Counted from the stretch's first letter, positions 1 to 10,260 are shown. The stretch: 32,000 nucleotides of DNA from Acaryochloris marina MBIC11017 (GCF_000018105.1 NC_009925.1:420001-452000), one strand, 5' to 3'. Program-made: numbers and translations. The notes: a model not told the origin generated them from the letters alone.

Positions 1-2150
1 CCCTGATGCAGCATGCCGATATTAAGCTGATTCTGGCCACCGGTGGCCCCGGTATGGTCAAAGCAGCTTACTCGTCGGGGCATCCCTCCTTAGGGGTCGG
101 TGCTGGCAATACCCCTGCCGTGATTGATGAAACGGCGGATATCCAAGTTGCTGTCAGCTCCATCTTGCTCAGCAAAACCTTTGACAATGGCATGATCTGC
201 GCCTCTGAGCAGTCAGTTGTGGTGACAGAAGCCGTCTACGAGCAGGTCAAACAAGAGTTTCGCAAGCGAGGGGCTTACTTCCTTACCTCTGAAGAAAAGG
301 ATAAAGTCGCCCAGACCATCCTCAAGAACGGCAAGTTAAACCCGGCCATTGTGGGTCAACCCATTTCAGAGTTAGCCACTTTGGCAGGGATTGAGGGTCC
401 CCAGGATCATAAAGTCTTAATTGGTGAAGTCTCCACTATTGGTAGTAGCGAACCCTTTGCCTATGAGAAGCTATCCCCGATTTTGGCCATGTATCGGGCC
501 GCGGATTTTACCGATGCTGTGGATCAGGCCAAACAGTTGGTCAACTTTGGGGGTCGCGGCCATACCTCCGTGCTGTATACGGCGGCATCCAATTGCGATC
601 GCATCCGCATTTTCGAAACGGAACTCGCCACAGCCCGAGTCTTGATCAACACCCCCTCTTCCCAAGGGGCCATTGGCGACCTCTATAACTTCAAGCTAGA
701 TCCATCTTTGACCCTAGGCTGTGGCACCTGGGGCGGTAACTCCATCTCTGGCAATGTCAACGTTCAGCATCTGCTCAATATCAAAACTGTCACCGAGCGC
801 CGGGAAAATATGCTGTGGTTCCGGGTGCCGCCTAAAATCTACTTTAAATACGGCTGTATTCCCGTTGCTTTGAGAGATTTAGCCGAGAAAAAGCGAGCCT
901 TTATTATCACCGATCGTCCTCTGTTTGATCTGGGCTTGACTAAGGAAATTACCGAGACCTTAGATCAACTGGGCATCGAGCACCATCTATTTTTCGATGT
1001 CGAACCCGATCCAGACCTATCCACGGTGAAACGGGGCTTAGATGTAATTAATACCTTCCAACCGGACGTGATTATTGCTTTAGGCGGCGGTTCACCCATG
1101 GATGCAGCTAAGGTGATGTGGCTGATGTATGAACATCCCGAAGTCGAGTTTGACGGTCTAGCCATGCGGTTTATGGATATCCGAAAGCGCGTCTATGAAC
1201 TGCCTCCCTTGGGAAATAAAGCCATCCTGGTGGCTGTCCCCACCACCTCAGGCACCGGGTCGGAGGTCACCCCCTTTGCCGTGGTCACGGATGATCGGGT
1301 GGGCATTAAATATCCCTTGGCCGACTATGCCCTGACTCCGACGATGGCCATCGTTGATCCAGAGCTGGTCCTCAATATGCCCAAAAAGCTGACGGCCTAT
1401 GGTGGGGTTGATGCCCTGACCCATGCTCTGGAAGCCTATGTATCGGTCTTGGCAACGGAGTTCACGGATGGACTGGCCTTAGAAGCCATTAGTTTATTAA
1501 TGACTTACTTGCCCAGAGCCTATCATCAGGGCAGTGCTGATCCAGAAGCCCGAGAAAAGGTCCACTACGCGGCAACGATTGCTGGTTTGGCCTTTGCCAA
1601 CGCCTTCTTAGGAATTTGCCACTCTCTGGCCCACAAATTGGGATCTACCTTCCATGTCCCCCATGGGTTGGCGAATGCGTTGATGATTTCCCATGTGATT
1701 CGCTATAACGCCACGGATGCCCCCTTTAAGCAGGCTATTTTTCCCCAGTACGAATATCCCCAGGCTAAGGGTCGCTACGCTGCGATCGCAGATTCCCTCA
1801 ACTTAAGGGGAACCACCGCCGATGAAAAAGTAGAGCGCTTGATAACAGCCATCGAAAACCTGAAGCAAGAGTTGGATATTCCATCCTCGATTCGTGAAGT
1901 CTTATCCGTCGATGAGCAGACCTTTTTTGAGCACCTAGATCTGATGTCGGAACAAGCCTTTGACGATCAGTGCACAGGGGCCAATCCTCGCTATCCATTG
2001 ATTCGCGATTTAAAAGCCCTCTACCTTGAGGCTTACCAGAATTCTTCGCAGGCGACGACTTTAGCGACCGAAATTGCCCTAGAAGCGGCAGCACACAATC
2101 AGGCCCTGCTCGGTAAAAACATTAACTTCACATCTATAGAGAACAGTTGA
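1..2150 (+). CDS. adhE: Bifunctional acetaldehyde-CoA/alcohol dehydrogenase AdhE, 5'-truncated by the window edge (end of ALDH domain, linker and full Fe-ADH domain)
   Basis: The frame is open to base 1. The translation is nearly colinear with E. coli AdhE as I remember it: LILATGGPGMVKAAYSSG, GVGAGNTPAVIDETADI, ICASEQSVVV, NFKLDPSLTLGCGTWGGNSIS, GGGSPMDAAK, TTSGTGSEVTPFAVVTDD, CHSLAHKLG, DDQCTGANPRYPLI. Confidence 0.95.
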   Translation, partial: LMQHADIKLILATGGPGMVKAAYSSGHPSLGVGAGNTPAVIDETADIQVAVSSILLSKTFDNGMICASEQSVVVTEAVYEQVKQEFRKRGAYFLTSEEKDKVAQTILKNGKLNPAIVGQPISELATLAGIEGPQDHKVLIGEVSTIGSSEPFAYEKLSPILAMYRAADFTDAVDQAKQLVNFGGRGHTSVLYTAASNCDRIRIFETELATARVLINTPSSQGAIGDLYNFKLDPSLTLGCGTWGGNSISGNVNVQHLLNIKTVTERRENMLWFRVPPKIYFKYGCIPVALRDLAEKKRAFIITDRPLFDLGLTKEITETLDQLGIEHHLFFDVEPDPDLSTVKRGLDVINTFQPDVIIALGGGSPMDAAKVMWLMYEHPEVEFDGLAMRFMDIRKRVYELPPLGNKAILVAVPTTSGTGSEVTPFAVVTDDRVGIKYPLADYALTPTMAIVDPELVLNMPKKLTAYGGVDALTHALEAYVSVLATEFTDGLALEAISLLMTYLPRAYHQGSADPEAREKVHYAATIAGLAFANAFLGICHSLAHKLGSTFHVPHGLANALMISHVIRYNATDAPFKQAIFPQYEYPQAKGRYAAIADSLNLRGTTADEKVERLITAIENLKQELDIPSSIREVLSVDEQTFFEHLDLMSEQAFDDQCTGANPRYPLIRDLKALYLEAYQNSSQATTLATEIALEAAAHNQALLGKNINFTSIENS
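595..602. repeat. HIP1 octamer GCGATCGC
   Basis: Exact match read in the sequence. Confidence 0.95.
1782..1789. repeat. HIP1 octamer GCGATCGC
   Basis: Exact match read in the sequence. Confidence 0.95.
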
Positions 2151-2231
2151 GCCATCGAGGGGTGTCCCGCGCTGATGCCCCTGCTCAATCTGGGCCAACC
2201 CCTAACGTATTTCTCGGAGGATTCCAAGAAG

Positions 2232-4652
2232 ATGGTTCACACTCCTGTTGCCCCCACATCCAGACCCCTCAGCGAATTAGAGCTGCACAATATTGATGCC
2301 TACTGGCGAGCCTGCAACTATCTGGCCGTGGGCATGATCTACCTACGCGATAACCCCTTGTTGAAAGAACCGCTCCAATCTGCCCATGTCAAGCATCGCT
2401 TACTGGGACACTGGGGTGCCTCTCCAGCCCTGAGCTTTACCTATATTCACTGCAATCGACTGATTAAAAAATATGCTCTGGATATGATCTTTATGGCGGG
2501 TCCAGGCCACGGTGCACCGGGTGTCCTGGGGCCTGTCTACTTGGAAGGGACCTATTCAGAAATTTATCCCGATAAAAGCGAAGATTCAGAAGGGATGCGG
2601 CGGTTCTTTAAGCAATTTTCTTTCCCTGGCTTTATCGGCAGTCATGTCACCCCTGAAACCCCTGGTTCCATCCATGAGGGGGGAGAGCTGGGCTATAGTG
2701 TTTCCCATGCCTATGGTGCTGTCTTAGATAATCCCGATCTCATTGTGACTTGTGTAGTGGGGGATGGTGAAGCGGAGACCGGCCCCCTAGCAACGTCTTG
2801 GCATTCTAATAAATTTATCAATCCTGCTCGGGATGGGGCAGTGTTGCCTGTACTCAACCTCAATGGCTACAAGATTGCCAACCCCACCCTTTTGGCCCGC
2901 ATCTCCCATGAAGAGTTGGAATATTTATTCCGAGGCTACGGCTACACTCCTTATTTTGTCGAAGGCAAGAATCCAGCGGAAATGCATCAAAAGATGGCCG
3001 CCGTGATGGAGGAATGCATTCTCACGATTAAAAAGGTGCAGAGAGAGGCCCGTATCAACGGCACCCTGGAGCGCCCCCGCTGGCCGATGATTGTCCTACG
3101 CACCCCCAAGGGCTGGACCGGTCCCAAAGAAGTCGATGGTAAAAAAGTCGAAGATTTTTGGCGATCGCACCAGGTTCCCATGGGTGGTATGCAGGATAAC
3201 CCCGATCACCTGCAACAGCTGGAAGCTTGGATGCGCAGCTACAAGCCGGAGGAGCTGTTTGACGAACACGGAACCTTAATTCCTGAATTGAAAGCCCTAA
3301 CCCCGGTCGGTAATCGGCGCATGGGATCGAATCCCCATGCCAATGGGGGTTTATTGCGGAAGGCCCTAAAACTTCCCAGCTTCCAGGATCTAGCGATTGA
3401 TATTGGGGAGCAACATGGCACCGTCACCTTTGAAAACACCAAGGCTTTAGGGATATTTATGCGGGAAATTATCCGTAAGAATCCCAACAACTTTAGGTTG
3501 ATGGGTCCCGATGAAACGGCCTCCAATCGTCTCCAAGATGTGTATCAAGTCACGAAGAAAGTCTGGATGGCAGACCTATATCCAGAAGATGAAGATGGGA
3601 CCGAACTGTCTCGGGACGGTCGGGTGATGGAAATGCTCAGTGAGCATACGCTACAGGGCTGGCTAGAAACCTATTTATTAACGGGACGCCATGGTCTATT
3701 CCATACCTATGAAGCCTTTGCTCATGTCGTGGACTCGATGTTTAATCAACATGCGAAGTGGCTGGATATCTGCCGCAATCATGTCCCTTGGCGACGGTCG
3801 GTATCGTCGTTAAATATTTTGCTCTCCTCCCTGGTTTGGCGTCAGGACCATAATGGCTTTAGTCACCAGGATCCAGGCTATGTGGACTTGGTAACCAACA
3901 AAAGTCCAGATGTGGTGCGGCTTTACTTTCCACCGGATGCTAACTGTTTGCTGTCGGTCGCCGATCACTGTTTTCGGAGTGTGGACTATATCAATGTGAT
4001 CATTTCGGATAAACAAAAACATCTACAGTATCTGTCCATCGATGAGGCGGTTGCTCACTGCACTAAGGGCATCGGCATTTGGGACTGGGCCAGCAATGAT
4101 GACTGTGGCACTGAACCCGATGAACCCGATGTGGTGATGGCTTCCTGTGGCGATATTCCCACCATGGAGGCGTTAGCGGCAACGGCCATTCTGCGGGAAG
4201 AATTTCCTTGGCTGAAGGTCCGCTTTGTCAATGTAGTGGACCTATTTAAGTTAGTGTCTGAAGGCGAACATCCCCACGGGTTATCTGATCGGGACTTCGA
4301 TTCTCTGTTTACGCCCGATAAACCAATCATTTTTAACTTTCATGGCTATCCCTGGCTGATCCATAAGTTGGTCTATCGCCGTTCTCACCAAGAGCGCATT
4401 CATGTGCGGGGCTACAAGGAGCAGGGCAATATCAATACGCCCCTGGAGTTAGCGATTAAAAATGAGGTGGATCGCTTTAACCTGGTGATTGATGTGATTG
4501 ATCGGGTGCCAAAGCTGGGGTCGGCAGCGGGCCATGCCAAGGAACGGATGCGCAACAAGATCATCGAATGTCTCGCCTATGCCCATGAGCATGGTAAGGA
4601 TCAAGATGAGATTGTCAACTGGACCTGGCCCTATGTTGGAGTCTGTGAATAA
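2232..4652 (+). CDS. xfp: Xylulose-5-P/fructose-6-P phosphoketolase
   Basis: Carries the phosphoketolase signatures EGGELGY and GDGEAETGP and the HWG(A/T)SP-type N-terminal region. The product is about 806 aa. ATG 2232 is preceded by GGAGG at 2216-2220. The track start at 2175 is an unsupported longer extension. Confidence 0.95.
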   Translation: MVHTPVAPTSRPLSELELHNIDAYWRACNYLAVGMIYLRDNPLLKEPLQSAHVKHRLLGHWGASPALSFTYIHCNRLIKKYALDMIFMAGPGHGAPGVLGPVYLEGTYSEIYPDKSEDSEGMRRFFKQFSFPGFIGSHVTPETPGSIHEGGELGYSVSHAYGAVLDNPDLIVTCVVGDGEAETGPLATSWHSNKFINPARDGAVLPVLNLNGYKIANPTLLARISHEELEYLFRGYGYTPYFVEGKNPAEMHQKMAAVMEECILTIKKVQREARINGTLERPRWPMIVLRTPKGWTGPKEVDGKKVEDFWRSHQVPMGGMQDNPDHLQQLEAWMRSYKPEELFDEHGTLIPELKALTPVGNRRMGSNPHANGGLLRKALKLPSFQDLAIDIGEQHGTVTFENTKALGIFMREIIRKNPNNFRLMGPDETASNRLQDVYQVTKKVWMADLYPEDEDGTELSRDGRVMEMLSEHTLQGWLETYLLTGRHGLFHTYEAFAHVVDSMFNQHAKWLDICRNHVPWRRSVSSLNILLSSLVWRQDHNGFSHQDPGYVDLVTNKSPDVVRLYFPPDANCLLSVADHCFRSVDYINVIISDKQKHLQYLSIDEAVAHCTKGIGIWDWASNDDCGTEPDEPDVVMASCGDIPTMEALAATAILREEFPWLKVRFVNVVDLFKLVSEGEHPHGLSDRDFDSLFTPDKPIIFNFHGYPWLIHKLVYRRSHQERIHVRGYKEQGNINTPLELAIKNEVDRFNLVIDVIDRVPKLGSAAGHAKERMRNKIIECLAYAHEHGKDQDEIVNWTWPYVGVCE
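3161..3168. repeat. HIP1 octamer GCGATCGC
   Basis: Exact match read in the sequence. Confidence 0.95.
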
Positions 4653-6492
4653 TATCGATGCTCCGCGCATTGAGAGTGCCATTCGGGCGCTGGAGCAGCT
4701 CAAAGCGCGCGCCTTGGCCCTTGAGCAGGATTTCGAAATTGCTCTCCAGCGCACCGCTCCCTCTCATCGCAATAGTGCTCGTAATCTCCTCCACTATCTG
4801 GCACTGCGCCGCCATGATATCCGCGAGCTGCAGCTTGAACTCAGCCACCTGGGCCTGAGTTCCCTGGGGTTAACCGAACTGCACGTGATGGCCTCTCTCA
4901 ATGCCGTCCTGATTGCCTTGCATCGACTAGTAGAACGAGCGGTGCCTCCTCAACTTCAAGCCCCGACCCCTGTGACCTTTGCCAATGGTCAGGCTCTCCT
5001 GGTGGAACATACCCTCACAGCCCTAGGGCCTAAACCAGAACAGCGAGCCACTCGGATCATGGTGACGATGCCCACTACAGCAGCAGAGGATCCAGCTCTG
5101 ATTCGTCGGTTTTTGGCTGCTGGGATGGATATTATGCGGATTAACTGCGCCCATGATGGTCCTGATGCTTGGCTGCAAATGATTCAGCATCTGCGACAAG
5201 CGGAAGCGGAATTGGGACTATCCTGCAAAGTCTCTTTTGATTTGGCCGGTCCCAAACTGAGAACCGAGGCTTTGGCCCCTGATGTTGAAGTGATCAAATG
5301 GCAGCCCCACCGAGATCGTCTGGGGCACATCGTGCAACCGGCACGGCTCTGGTTGACCTCAACGTCCTCCCAGACTGCTGACTTAGATTGCACTACCATC
5401 CCGATTCAGTCTCCCATCTCAGTCCAAATGGGAGATATGATCCAGCTTACGGATGCCCGTCACCGTCGCCGCCGCTTATCAGTGGTGGAGGTGAGGGATA
5501 ATGGCTGTCTCTGTGAATGCGATCGCACCGGCTATATCACTTCAGGACTGCCCTTTGAGATTCAGCGTCATCAGGCCGTAGTAGGAACGGGCAAGATCGG
5601 TCAGCTTCCTGCCCTTGAAAACAACCTCACCCTCCAACCTGGAGATGTCCTGCGCATTCTTCGGGGTGATATTCTAGGCCAGCCCGCCATCTTAGATGCC
5701 ACCGGACAGGTTCTGCAGCCTGCCCACGTGGGCTGCACCTTGCCCCAAGTGTTCCAGGATGTGAAGCCAGGAGAGCGGATCTTTTTTGACGATGGCAAGA
5801 TTGAGGGGCTGATTCAAAAGGTTAGTGAGACTGAACTGAGGGTGGAAATTGTTTCTGCAGTCAAAGGAATCGCCAAGCTCAAGGGAGAAAAGGGTATCAA
5901 CCTGCCTGACACCCAACTTAACCTGCCAGCCCTCACCCCCAAGGATATTAGCGATCTCAGCTTTGTGGCCCAACAGGGAGACTTAGTGGCCCTCTCCTTT
6001 GTCCAATCCCCAGAGGATGTAGAACATCTGGTGCAAAAGCTCGATCAATTGGGGGCAACAGACTTAGGCATTATTCTCAAAATTGAAACCCGACTCGGGT
6101 TTGAGAATTTACCCAAACTATTGCTGGCTGCAATGCAGCATCGATCTGTAGCTGTGATGATTGCGCGGGGCGATTTGGGGGTTGAGGTGGGCTTTGAGCG
6201 GATGTCGGAGGTGCAGGAGCAAATTTTGCTGTTGTGCCAAGCGGCCCATGTTCCCGTTATCTGGGCAACTCAGGTCCTAGAGTCCCTGGCGAAGGGAGGC
6301 CTACCGTCACGGGCGGAGGTTACAGATGCAGCGATGGGCAGTCGAGCCGAATGCGTCATGCTCAACAAAGGCCCCTATATTGAGCGGGCGATGGAATTTC
6401 TCAACAATATTCTTCAGCGGATGCAGGAAAATGTGGCTAAGAATATGGCCACCCTTCGCAAACTCCGGGTTTCCGAGATTGAAGCGGAGTAG
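4633..6492 (+). CDS. Pyruvate-kinase-like protein with atypical architecture (N-terminal helical extension, enlarged B-domain region, no C-terminal regulatory domain)
   Basis: PK barrel motifs are present: [61 protein letters not shown]. The canonical MLSGETA is replaced by MLNKGPY. ATG 4633 (or GTG 4645) overlaps the last 20 nt of xfp. The track start at 4498 lies inside xfp in another frame. Confidence 0.75.
   Translation: MLESVNNIDAPRIESAIRALEQLKARALALEQDFEIALQRTAPSHRNSARNLLHYLALRRHDIRELQLELSHLGLSSLGLTELHVMASLNAVLIALHRLVERAVPPQLQAPTPVTFANGQALLVEHTLTALGPKPEQRATRIMVTMPTTAAEDPALIRRFLAAGMDIMRINCAHDGPDAWLQMIQHLRQAEAELGLSCKVSFDLAGPKLRTEALAPDVEVIKWQPHRDRLGHIVQPARLWLTSTSSQTADLDCTTIPIQSPISVQMGDMIQLTDARHRRRRLSVVEVRDNGCLCECDRTGYITSGLPFEIQRHQAVVGTGKIGQLPALENNLTLQPGDVLRILRGDILGQPAILDATGQVLQPAHVGCTLPQVFQDVKPGERIFFDDGKIEGLIQKVSETELRVEIVSAVKGIAKLKGEKGINLPDTQLNLPALTPKDISDLSFVAQQGDLVALSFVQSPEDVEHLVQKLDQLGATDLGIILKIETRLGFENLPKLLLAAMQHRSVAVMIARGDLGVEVGFERMSEVQEQILLLCQAAHVPVIWATQVLESLAKGGLPSRAEVTDAAMGSRAECVMLNKGPYIERAMEFLNNILQRMQENVAKNMATLRKLRVSEIEAE
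5519..5526. repeat. HIP1 octamer GCGATCGC
   Basis: Exact match read in the sequence. Confidence 0.95.
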
Positions 6493-6543
6493 TCTCGTCC
6501 TCAAGCCCTGTTTGCTCGTTACCAGCCATCTGTGGGCCAGATC

Positions 6544-7740
6544 ATGAAGATTTTAGTTCTCAATGCCGGTTCTAGCAGCCACAAATGTTGCCTTTACGCG
6601 ATTGAAGGGCCTCTCCCCGACCATCCAGCACCTCCGCTTTGGGAAGCTCAGCTGGATTGGCATGACCCCAATCATGCCTCGTTAAAAGTCAAAACCAAAC
6701 GAGAAAATCTGGAGGAAGACCTATCTGATGTATCACGCGCCGACGCGCTCTCTCATCTTTTAACCACCCTATGGCATGGGCCTACCCAAGTCATCCAAAT
6801 GGCACAGGAGATTAATGTTGTCGGTCATCGTGTGGTGCATGGGGGACAAGACTATCAGTCCAGTGTGGTGGTGACATCGGAGGTTAAAACTGCGATCGCA
6901 GATCTGATTCCTTTAGCCCCCAACCATAATCCAGCCAATTTAGAAGGCATTAAATTGATCGAACAATTGTTAGGAAATGTTCGCCAAGTAGCTGTCTTCG
7001 ATACTGCCTTTCACAGTCATCTTCCCGAAGTTGCGGCCATCTATCCCGGTCCCTATGATTGGCAACAACAAGGCATTCGTCGGTATGGGTTTCATGGCAT
7101 TAGTCATCAATATTGCACCCAGCGAACGGCAGAAATTCTGGGCCGAGGGGTGGACCGCCTGATTATTTGTCATTTGGGAAATGGAGCATCTCTGACAGCG
7201 GTTAAACAAGGTCAGAGTATCGACACCTCGATGGGCTTCACCCCCTTAGAAGGATTGATGATGGGTACGCGTTCAGGGTCGATTGATCCAGGCATTTTAA
7301 TTCATCTGATGCGGCAAGGATATGATGCCGATCAGCTAGATCACATGCTTAATAAAGCCTCTGGCTTAAAGGGGATCTCAGGGGTCTCCCATGATCTGCG
7401 GGAGATTGAGCAGGCCATTGCCCAAGACAATGCCCAAGCTAAGCTAGCGCGAGACTTATATCTCCATCGATTGAAAGCTTGTTTGGGGTCCATGCTGATG
7501 AGCTTAGGTGGAGTTGATGTCTTAGTGTTTACGGGTGGTATAGGGGAGCATTCTGCTTCAGTGAGAGCTGAGACCTGTGAAGCACTGGCTTTTTTGGGCC
7601 TTAAGCTTGATCCGATTCTGAATCGAAAGTCTCCTGTAGATCAGGATATTGCAGCAGTTGACTCTAAGGTGCGGGTATTAGTGATTAAGACCCAGGAAGA
7701 TTGGGCCATTGCTCAATCTTGTTATGAACAGTGTTGTTAG
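6544..7740 (+). CDS. ackA: Acetate kinase
   Basis: N-terminus MKILVLNAGSSSHK, plus VGHRVVHGG, FDTAFH, RRYGFHGISHQY and FTGGIGEH. The product is 398 aa and the gene starts 51 nt after the PK-like gene. Confidence 0.95.
   Translation: MKILVLNAGSSSHKCCLYAIEGPLPDHPAPPLWEAQLDWHDPNHASLKVKTKRENLEEDLSDVSRADALSHLLTTLWHGPTQVIQMAQEINVVGHRVVHGGQDYQSSVVVTSEVKTAIADLIPLAPNHNPANLEGIKLIEQLLGNVRQVAVFDTAFHSHLPEVAAIYPGPYDWQQQGIRRYGFHGISHQYCTQRTAEILGRGVDRLIICHLGNGASLTAVKQGQSIDTSMGFTPLEGLMMGTRSGSIDPGILIHLMRQGYDADQLDHMLNKASGLKGISGVSHDLREIEQAIAQDNAQAKLARDLYLHRLKACLGSMLMSLGGVDVLVFTGGIGEHSASVRAETCEALAFLGLKLDPILNRKSPVDQDIAAVDSKVRVLVIKTQEDWAIAQSCYEQCC
6892..6899. repeat. HIP1 octamer GCGATCGC
   Basis: Exact match read in the sequence. 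Confidence 0.95.
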
Positions 7741-7785
7741 GGCTGCAGAGGAATGTTGCCGATGCTAGAGAGCAAGATGAGAGGG

Positions 7786-7823
7786 GTTGCGATGGCGAAA
7801 GGCTGCTCTTTGAGCATCGCAAC
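7786..7823 (+). repeat. Perfect 9-bp inverted repeat (GTTGCGATG / CATCGCAAC, 20-nt loop) just downstream of ackA
   Basis: Read directly from the sequence. No U-tract follows, so a terminator function is uncertain. Confidence 0.3.
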
Positions 7824-7896
7824 TGCAATACCATCCCCTAGGCAAACTAGCTGAATCCTGAACCCAATCTAAATCAAAGCTTCTAGGCATTCACCA

Positions 7897-8295
7897 CTAA
7901 GAGACTAAATGCATCTTCGCCGTTTCGGGGTGAAATCCTGTGGGGAAATGAGTGTTGCGATCGTAATCGGCAGCAGCTAACCGAGCATCGCTTAATTCAG
8001 CTTCTCTCAGATCGGCCCCCATCAAATTAGCCCCTCGTAGATCCGCTCCTTTGAGATTGGCACTTTGCAAAAAAGCTCCGCCTAAGTCTGCACCTCTGAG
8101 GTTAGATCCTTGCAAATTGGCTTCGCCCAGATCCACAGACTCTAGATCTGCCCCTGCCAAGTAGACGTCTTGGAAGTTCACTGCACTCAAATCCATCTCA
8201 CTGAGGGCAATACCGCGTAAATTAGCCCCTGCAAAATCTCGCTTTCCTGAAGCGTATTGGGCAACAAAATCATCTCGATTCATCACTGTCATCAT
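7897..8295 (-). CDS. Pentapeptide-repeat protein
   Basis: Tandem A(D/N)LxG-type pentapeptides (ANLRGIALSEMDLSAVNF..ANLQGSNLRGADLGGAFLQSANLKGADLRGANLMGADLREAEL). The likely start is the ATG pair at 8295/8292 after an AGGGGTG Shine-Dalgarno-like sequence. The track start at 8370 is a longer extension. Confidence 0.8.
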   Translation of the reverse strand: MMTVMNRDDFVAQYASGKRDFAGANLRGIALSEMDLSAVNFQDVYLAGADLESVDLGEANLQGSNLRGADLGGAFLQSANLKGADLRGANLMGADLREAELSDARLAAADYDRNTHFPTGFHPETAKMHLVS

Positions 8296-8651
8296 GGCTT
8301 CACCCCTATCTAGATGGATCGAGTTCAAGGCAAAGTGATCTCTACTTTGATCATAGACCAGCAGTCGCATTTGAACAGAAAGTTACGCTTTTAATTTTCT
8401 GAATTAGTGTAAACCTTGCCAGCTTATAATTTTCGCTGTAGGTCATCAATGAAATATGTCACAGTCCATGCAAGGGTCACACTTTTCTTTGTGGACAAGT
8501 GCGGAGAGCTACTTTTAGGTAAGGGTTTAAGATTTTTTTAGCTGCCAGAAAGTGGCCTCTGGCATTGTTAAATAGATTGACTGTATTCTGGAGCCTAGAA
8601 GGAGATCGTTCAGCGGATTGAGGCTGAAGCAACCTCCTTTTCAACGTGCTC

Positions 8652-9743
8652 TTAGCTCGTCATTATCGGAATCGTAGGAATTTCCTTAGACTCGGTTGAA
8701 GCTAGCGTTAAGGAGAAGTGATGGGCATTAACTGAATGCATCACCTGTAGTCCCATCGTGGCCCGATTCAAGAGATCGGCTTCGGTGCGGATGGGTCGTC
8801 CACTGCTATCGAGCAGAGAGTGATTGAAATTAAACCCATTCAAATTGAATGCCATCGTGCCGATGCCTAAAGCGGCAAACCAGATACCGATCGTGGGCAG
8901 TACCGCCAATAGAAAATGAATGGAACGGCTATTACGAAAGGCAATATCAGGGATAAACAAGCGTCCTAGATATCCAGCATGTCCCGCGAGTAAATTATAG
9001 GTGGCTTCCTGTTGGCCAAATTTATACCCCGTATTAACAGATTTCAGGCTAGAGGTTTCCTGAACCAAGCTGGAGGTGACTAAAGAGCCATGCATGGCAC
9101 TGAGGAAGGCTCCACCAAAGACACCGACTACCCCCAACATATGAAACGGATGCATCAAGATATTATGTTCCGCTTGAACCGCCATCATAAAGTGGAAGGT
9201 GCCGGAAATTCCTAGGGGTAACCCTTCGGAGAAGCTTCCTTGTCCCATTGGGTACACCAATAGCACTGCCGTGGCAGCAGCAACTGGGGCAGAAAAAGCC
9301 ATAGCAATCCAGGGACGCATACCCAGACGATAGCTCAACTCCCACTGTCGCCCCAGATAGGTCCAAATAGCGATCAAAAAATGCAAGATGATCAGTTGAT
9401 AAGGCCCTCCGTTGTAGAGCCACTCATCCATCGATGTAGCTTCCCATAAGGGGTATAAGTGTAAACCTATTGCGGCTGAAGTAGGTATCACCGCAGCAGT
9501 AATCACATTACTTCCACCTAGAAGAGAACTGATAATAGGTTCACGAATACCTTCCATATCAACAGAAGGGGCCGCCACCCAGGCGAGCATGAAGGTTATG
9601 GCTGAAACGAATAGGGATGGAATCATCAGTAGGCCAAACCAACCAACATAGAGCCGATTGTGGGTACTGGTAATCCACTCACAAAATTGGTCCCAGGCGG
9701 AAACAGTGGGTAATCTCGATGGAGTTTGAAACGTAGTAGACAT
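8652..9743 (-). CDS. psbA: Photosystem II D1 paralog lacking Mn4CaO5 ligands (rogue/sentinel-type D1)
   Basis: Aligns over its full length with canonical D1 recalled from memory. Retained: Tyr161, Glu189, His190, His198, His215, His272, His332, His337, Ala344. Substituted: Asp170->Glu (GQGSFSEG), Glu333->Ser and Asp342->Thr ([15 protein letters not shown]). AGGAG lies 9 nt upstream of the ATG. Confidence 0.88.
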   Translation of the reverse strand: MSTTFQTPSRLPTVSAWDQFCEWITSTHNRLYVGWFGLLMIPSLFVSAITFMLAWVAAPSVDMEGIREPIISSLLGGSNVITAAVIPTSAAIGLHLYPLWEATSMDEWLYNGGPYQLIILHFLIAIWTYLGRQWELSYRLGMRPWIAMAFSAPVAAATAVLLVYPMGQGSFSEGLPLGISGTFHFMMAVQAEHNILMHPFHMLGVVGVFGGAFLSAMHGSLVTSSLVQETSSLKSVNTGYKFGQQEATYNLLAGHAGYLGRLFIPDIAFRNSRSIHFLLAVLPTIGIWFAALGIGTMAFNLNGFNFNHSLLDSSGRPIRTEADLLNRATMGLQVMHSVNAHHFSLTLASTESKEIPTIPIMTS

Positions 9744-9777
9744 AGTTATTGCTCCTGTTAGCGTGATGGAGTTGAGA

Positions 9778-10209
9778 TTAAGTATTGGGTTTGGGCCCTA
9801 AATGTCCTGGAGTCGTAACTGTAAAGCCAGATGGATAACCCGAAATCGTGTTGAAACCGCACTGACGCCAATGCTGCATGCCACCCGATAAATTGAATAC
9901 CTGAGTGAACCCAGCCTTGAGCAATTGGGCTGCTGCCAGGGGACTACGATGGGATGTTAGACACACCACTACTATGGGCTGGTCCTTAGATAAGGCTTGA
10001 AACCAATCAGGAAGGACCCACCGGTTGATGATGGGGAGTTGGCCGATGAGCAGGCGTAATAAACTGAGATTGATGGCATTAGGGATATGTTCTGCTCGGT
10101 ATTCTCCGACACTGCGAACATCCAGTAGCAGTGGGGGTGGAATGAGTTTGGTGTAGGCCAACGGCGAAACCTGAGTCACCGAAGCGCGGTGTGAATGATA
10201 GTTATACAT
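9778..10209 (-). CDS. Single-domain rhodanese (thiosulfate/persulfide sulfurtransferase)
   Basis: Rhodanese fold motifs are present: [21 protein letters not shown], the active-site loop [10 protein letters not shown] (Cys-X4-Arg) and NLSGGMQHW. It starts 51 nt downstream of the Rieske fusion gene and ends 34 nt upstream of psbA. Confidence 0.85.
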   Translation of the reverse strand: MYNYHSHRASVTQVSPLAYTKLIPPPLLLDVRSVGEYRAEHIPNAINLSLLRLLIGQLPIINRWVLPDWFQALSKDQPIVVVCLTSHRSPLAAAQLLKAGFTQVFNLSGGMQHWRQCGFNTISGYPSGFTVTTPGHLGPKPNT

Positions 10210-10260
10210 AGTCGTAGAAATAGAATTGGGGTGAGAAATGAATGGTCAGTGGTGATGGCG

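Noticed and set aside
2175-2231. Longest-ORF N-terminal extensions in the track: xfp 2175, PK-like 4498, ackA 6532, sqr 12028, NMO 17118, heme oxygenase 23849, pentapeptide 8370, ankyrin 19688.
   Set aside because: In each case the extension overlaps the upstream gene or lacks family similarity. In each case an internal ATG with a Shine-Dalgarno-like sequence coincides with the conserved family N-terminus.
8533-8563. The hairpin GCCAGA-N8-TCTGGC adjacent to a T7 run could be the psbA terminator.
   Set aside because: psbA is on the minus strand. In that orientation the hairpin is followed by an A-run, not a U-tract. On the plus strand the T-run precedes the stem. It is therefore not a canonical intrinsic terminator for either direction.
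8652-9743. The divergent D1 could be ChlF (chlorophyll f synthase, the super-rogue D1).
   Set aside because: The window contains no far-red photoacclimation genes (paralogous psa/psb/apc genes, rfpABC). The gene context is sulfide and low O2. The protein is of near-canonical length with a normal GRQWELS region. I cannot fully exclude ChlF without a phylogeny, so I called it rogue-type D1.
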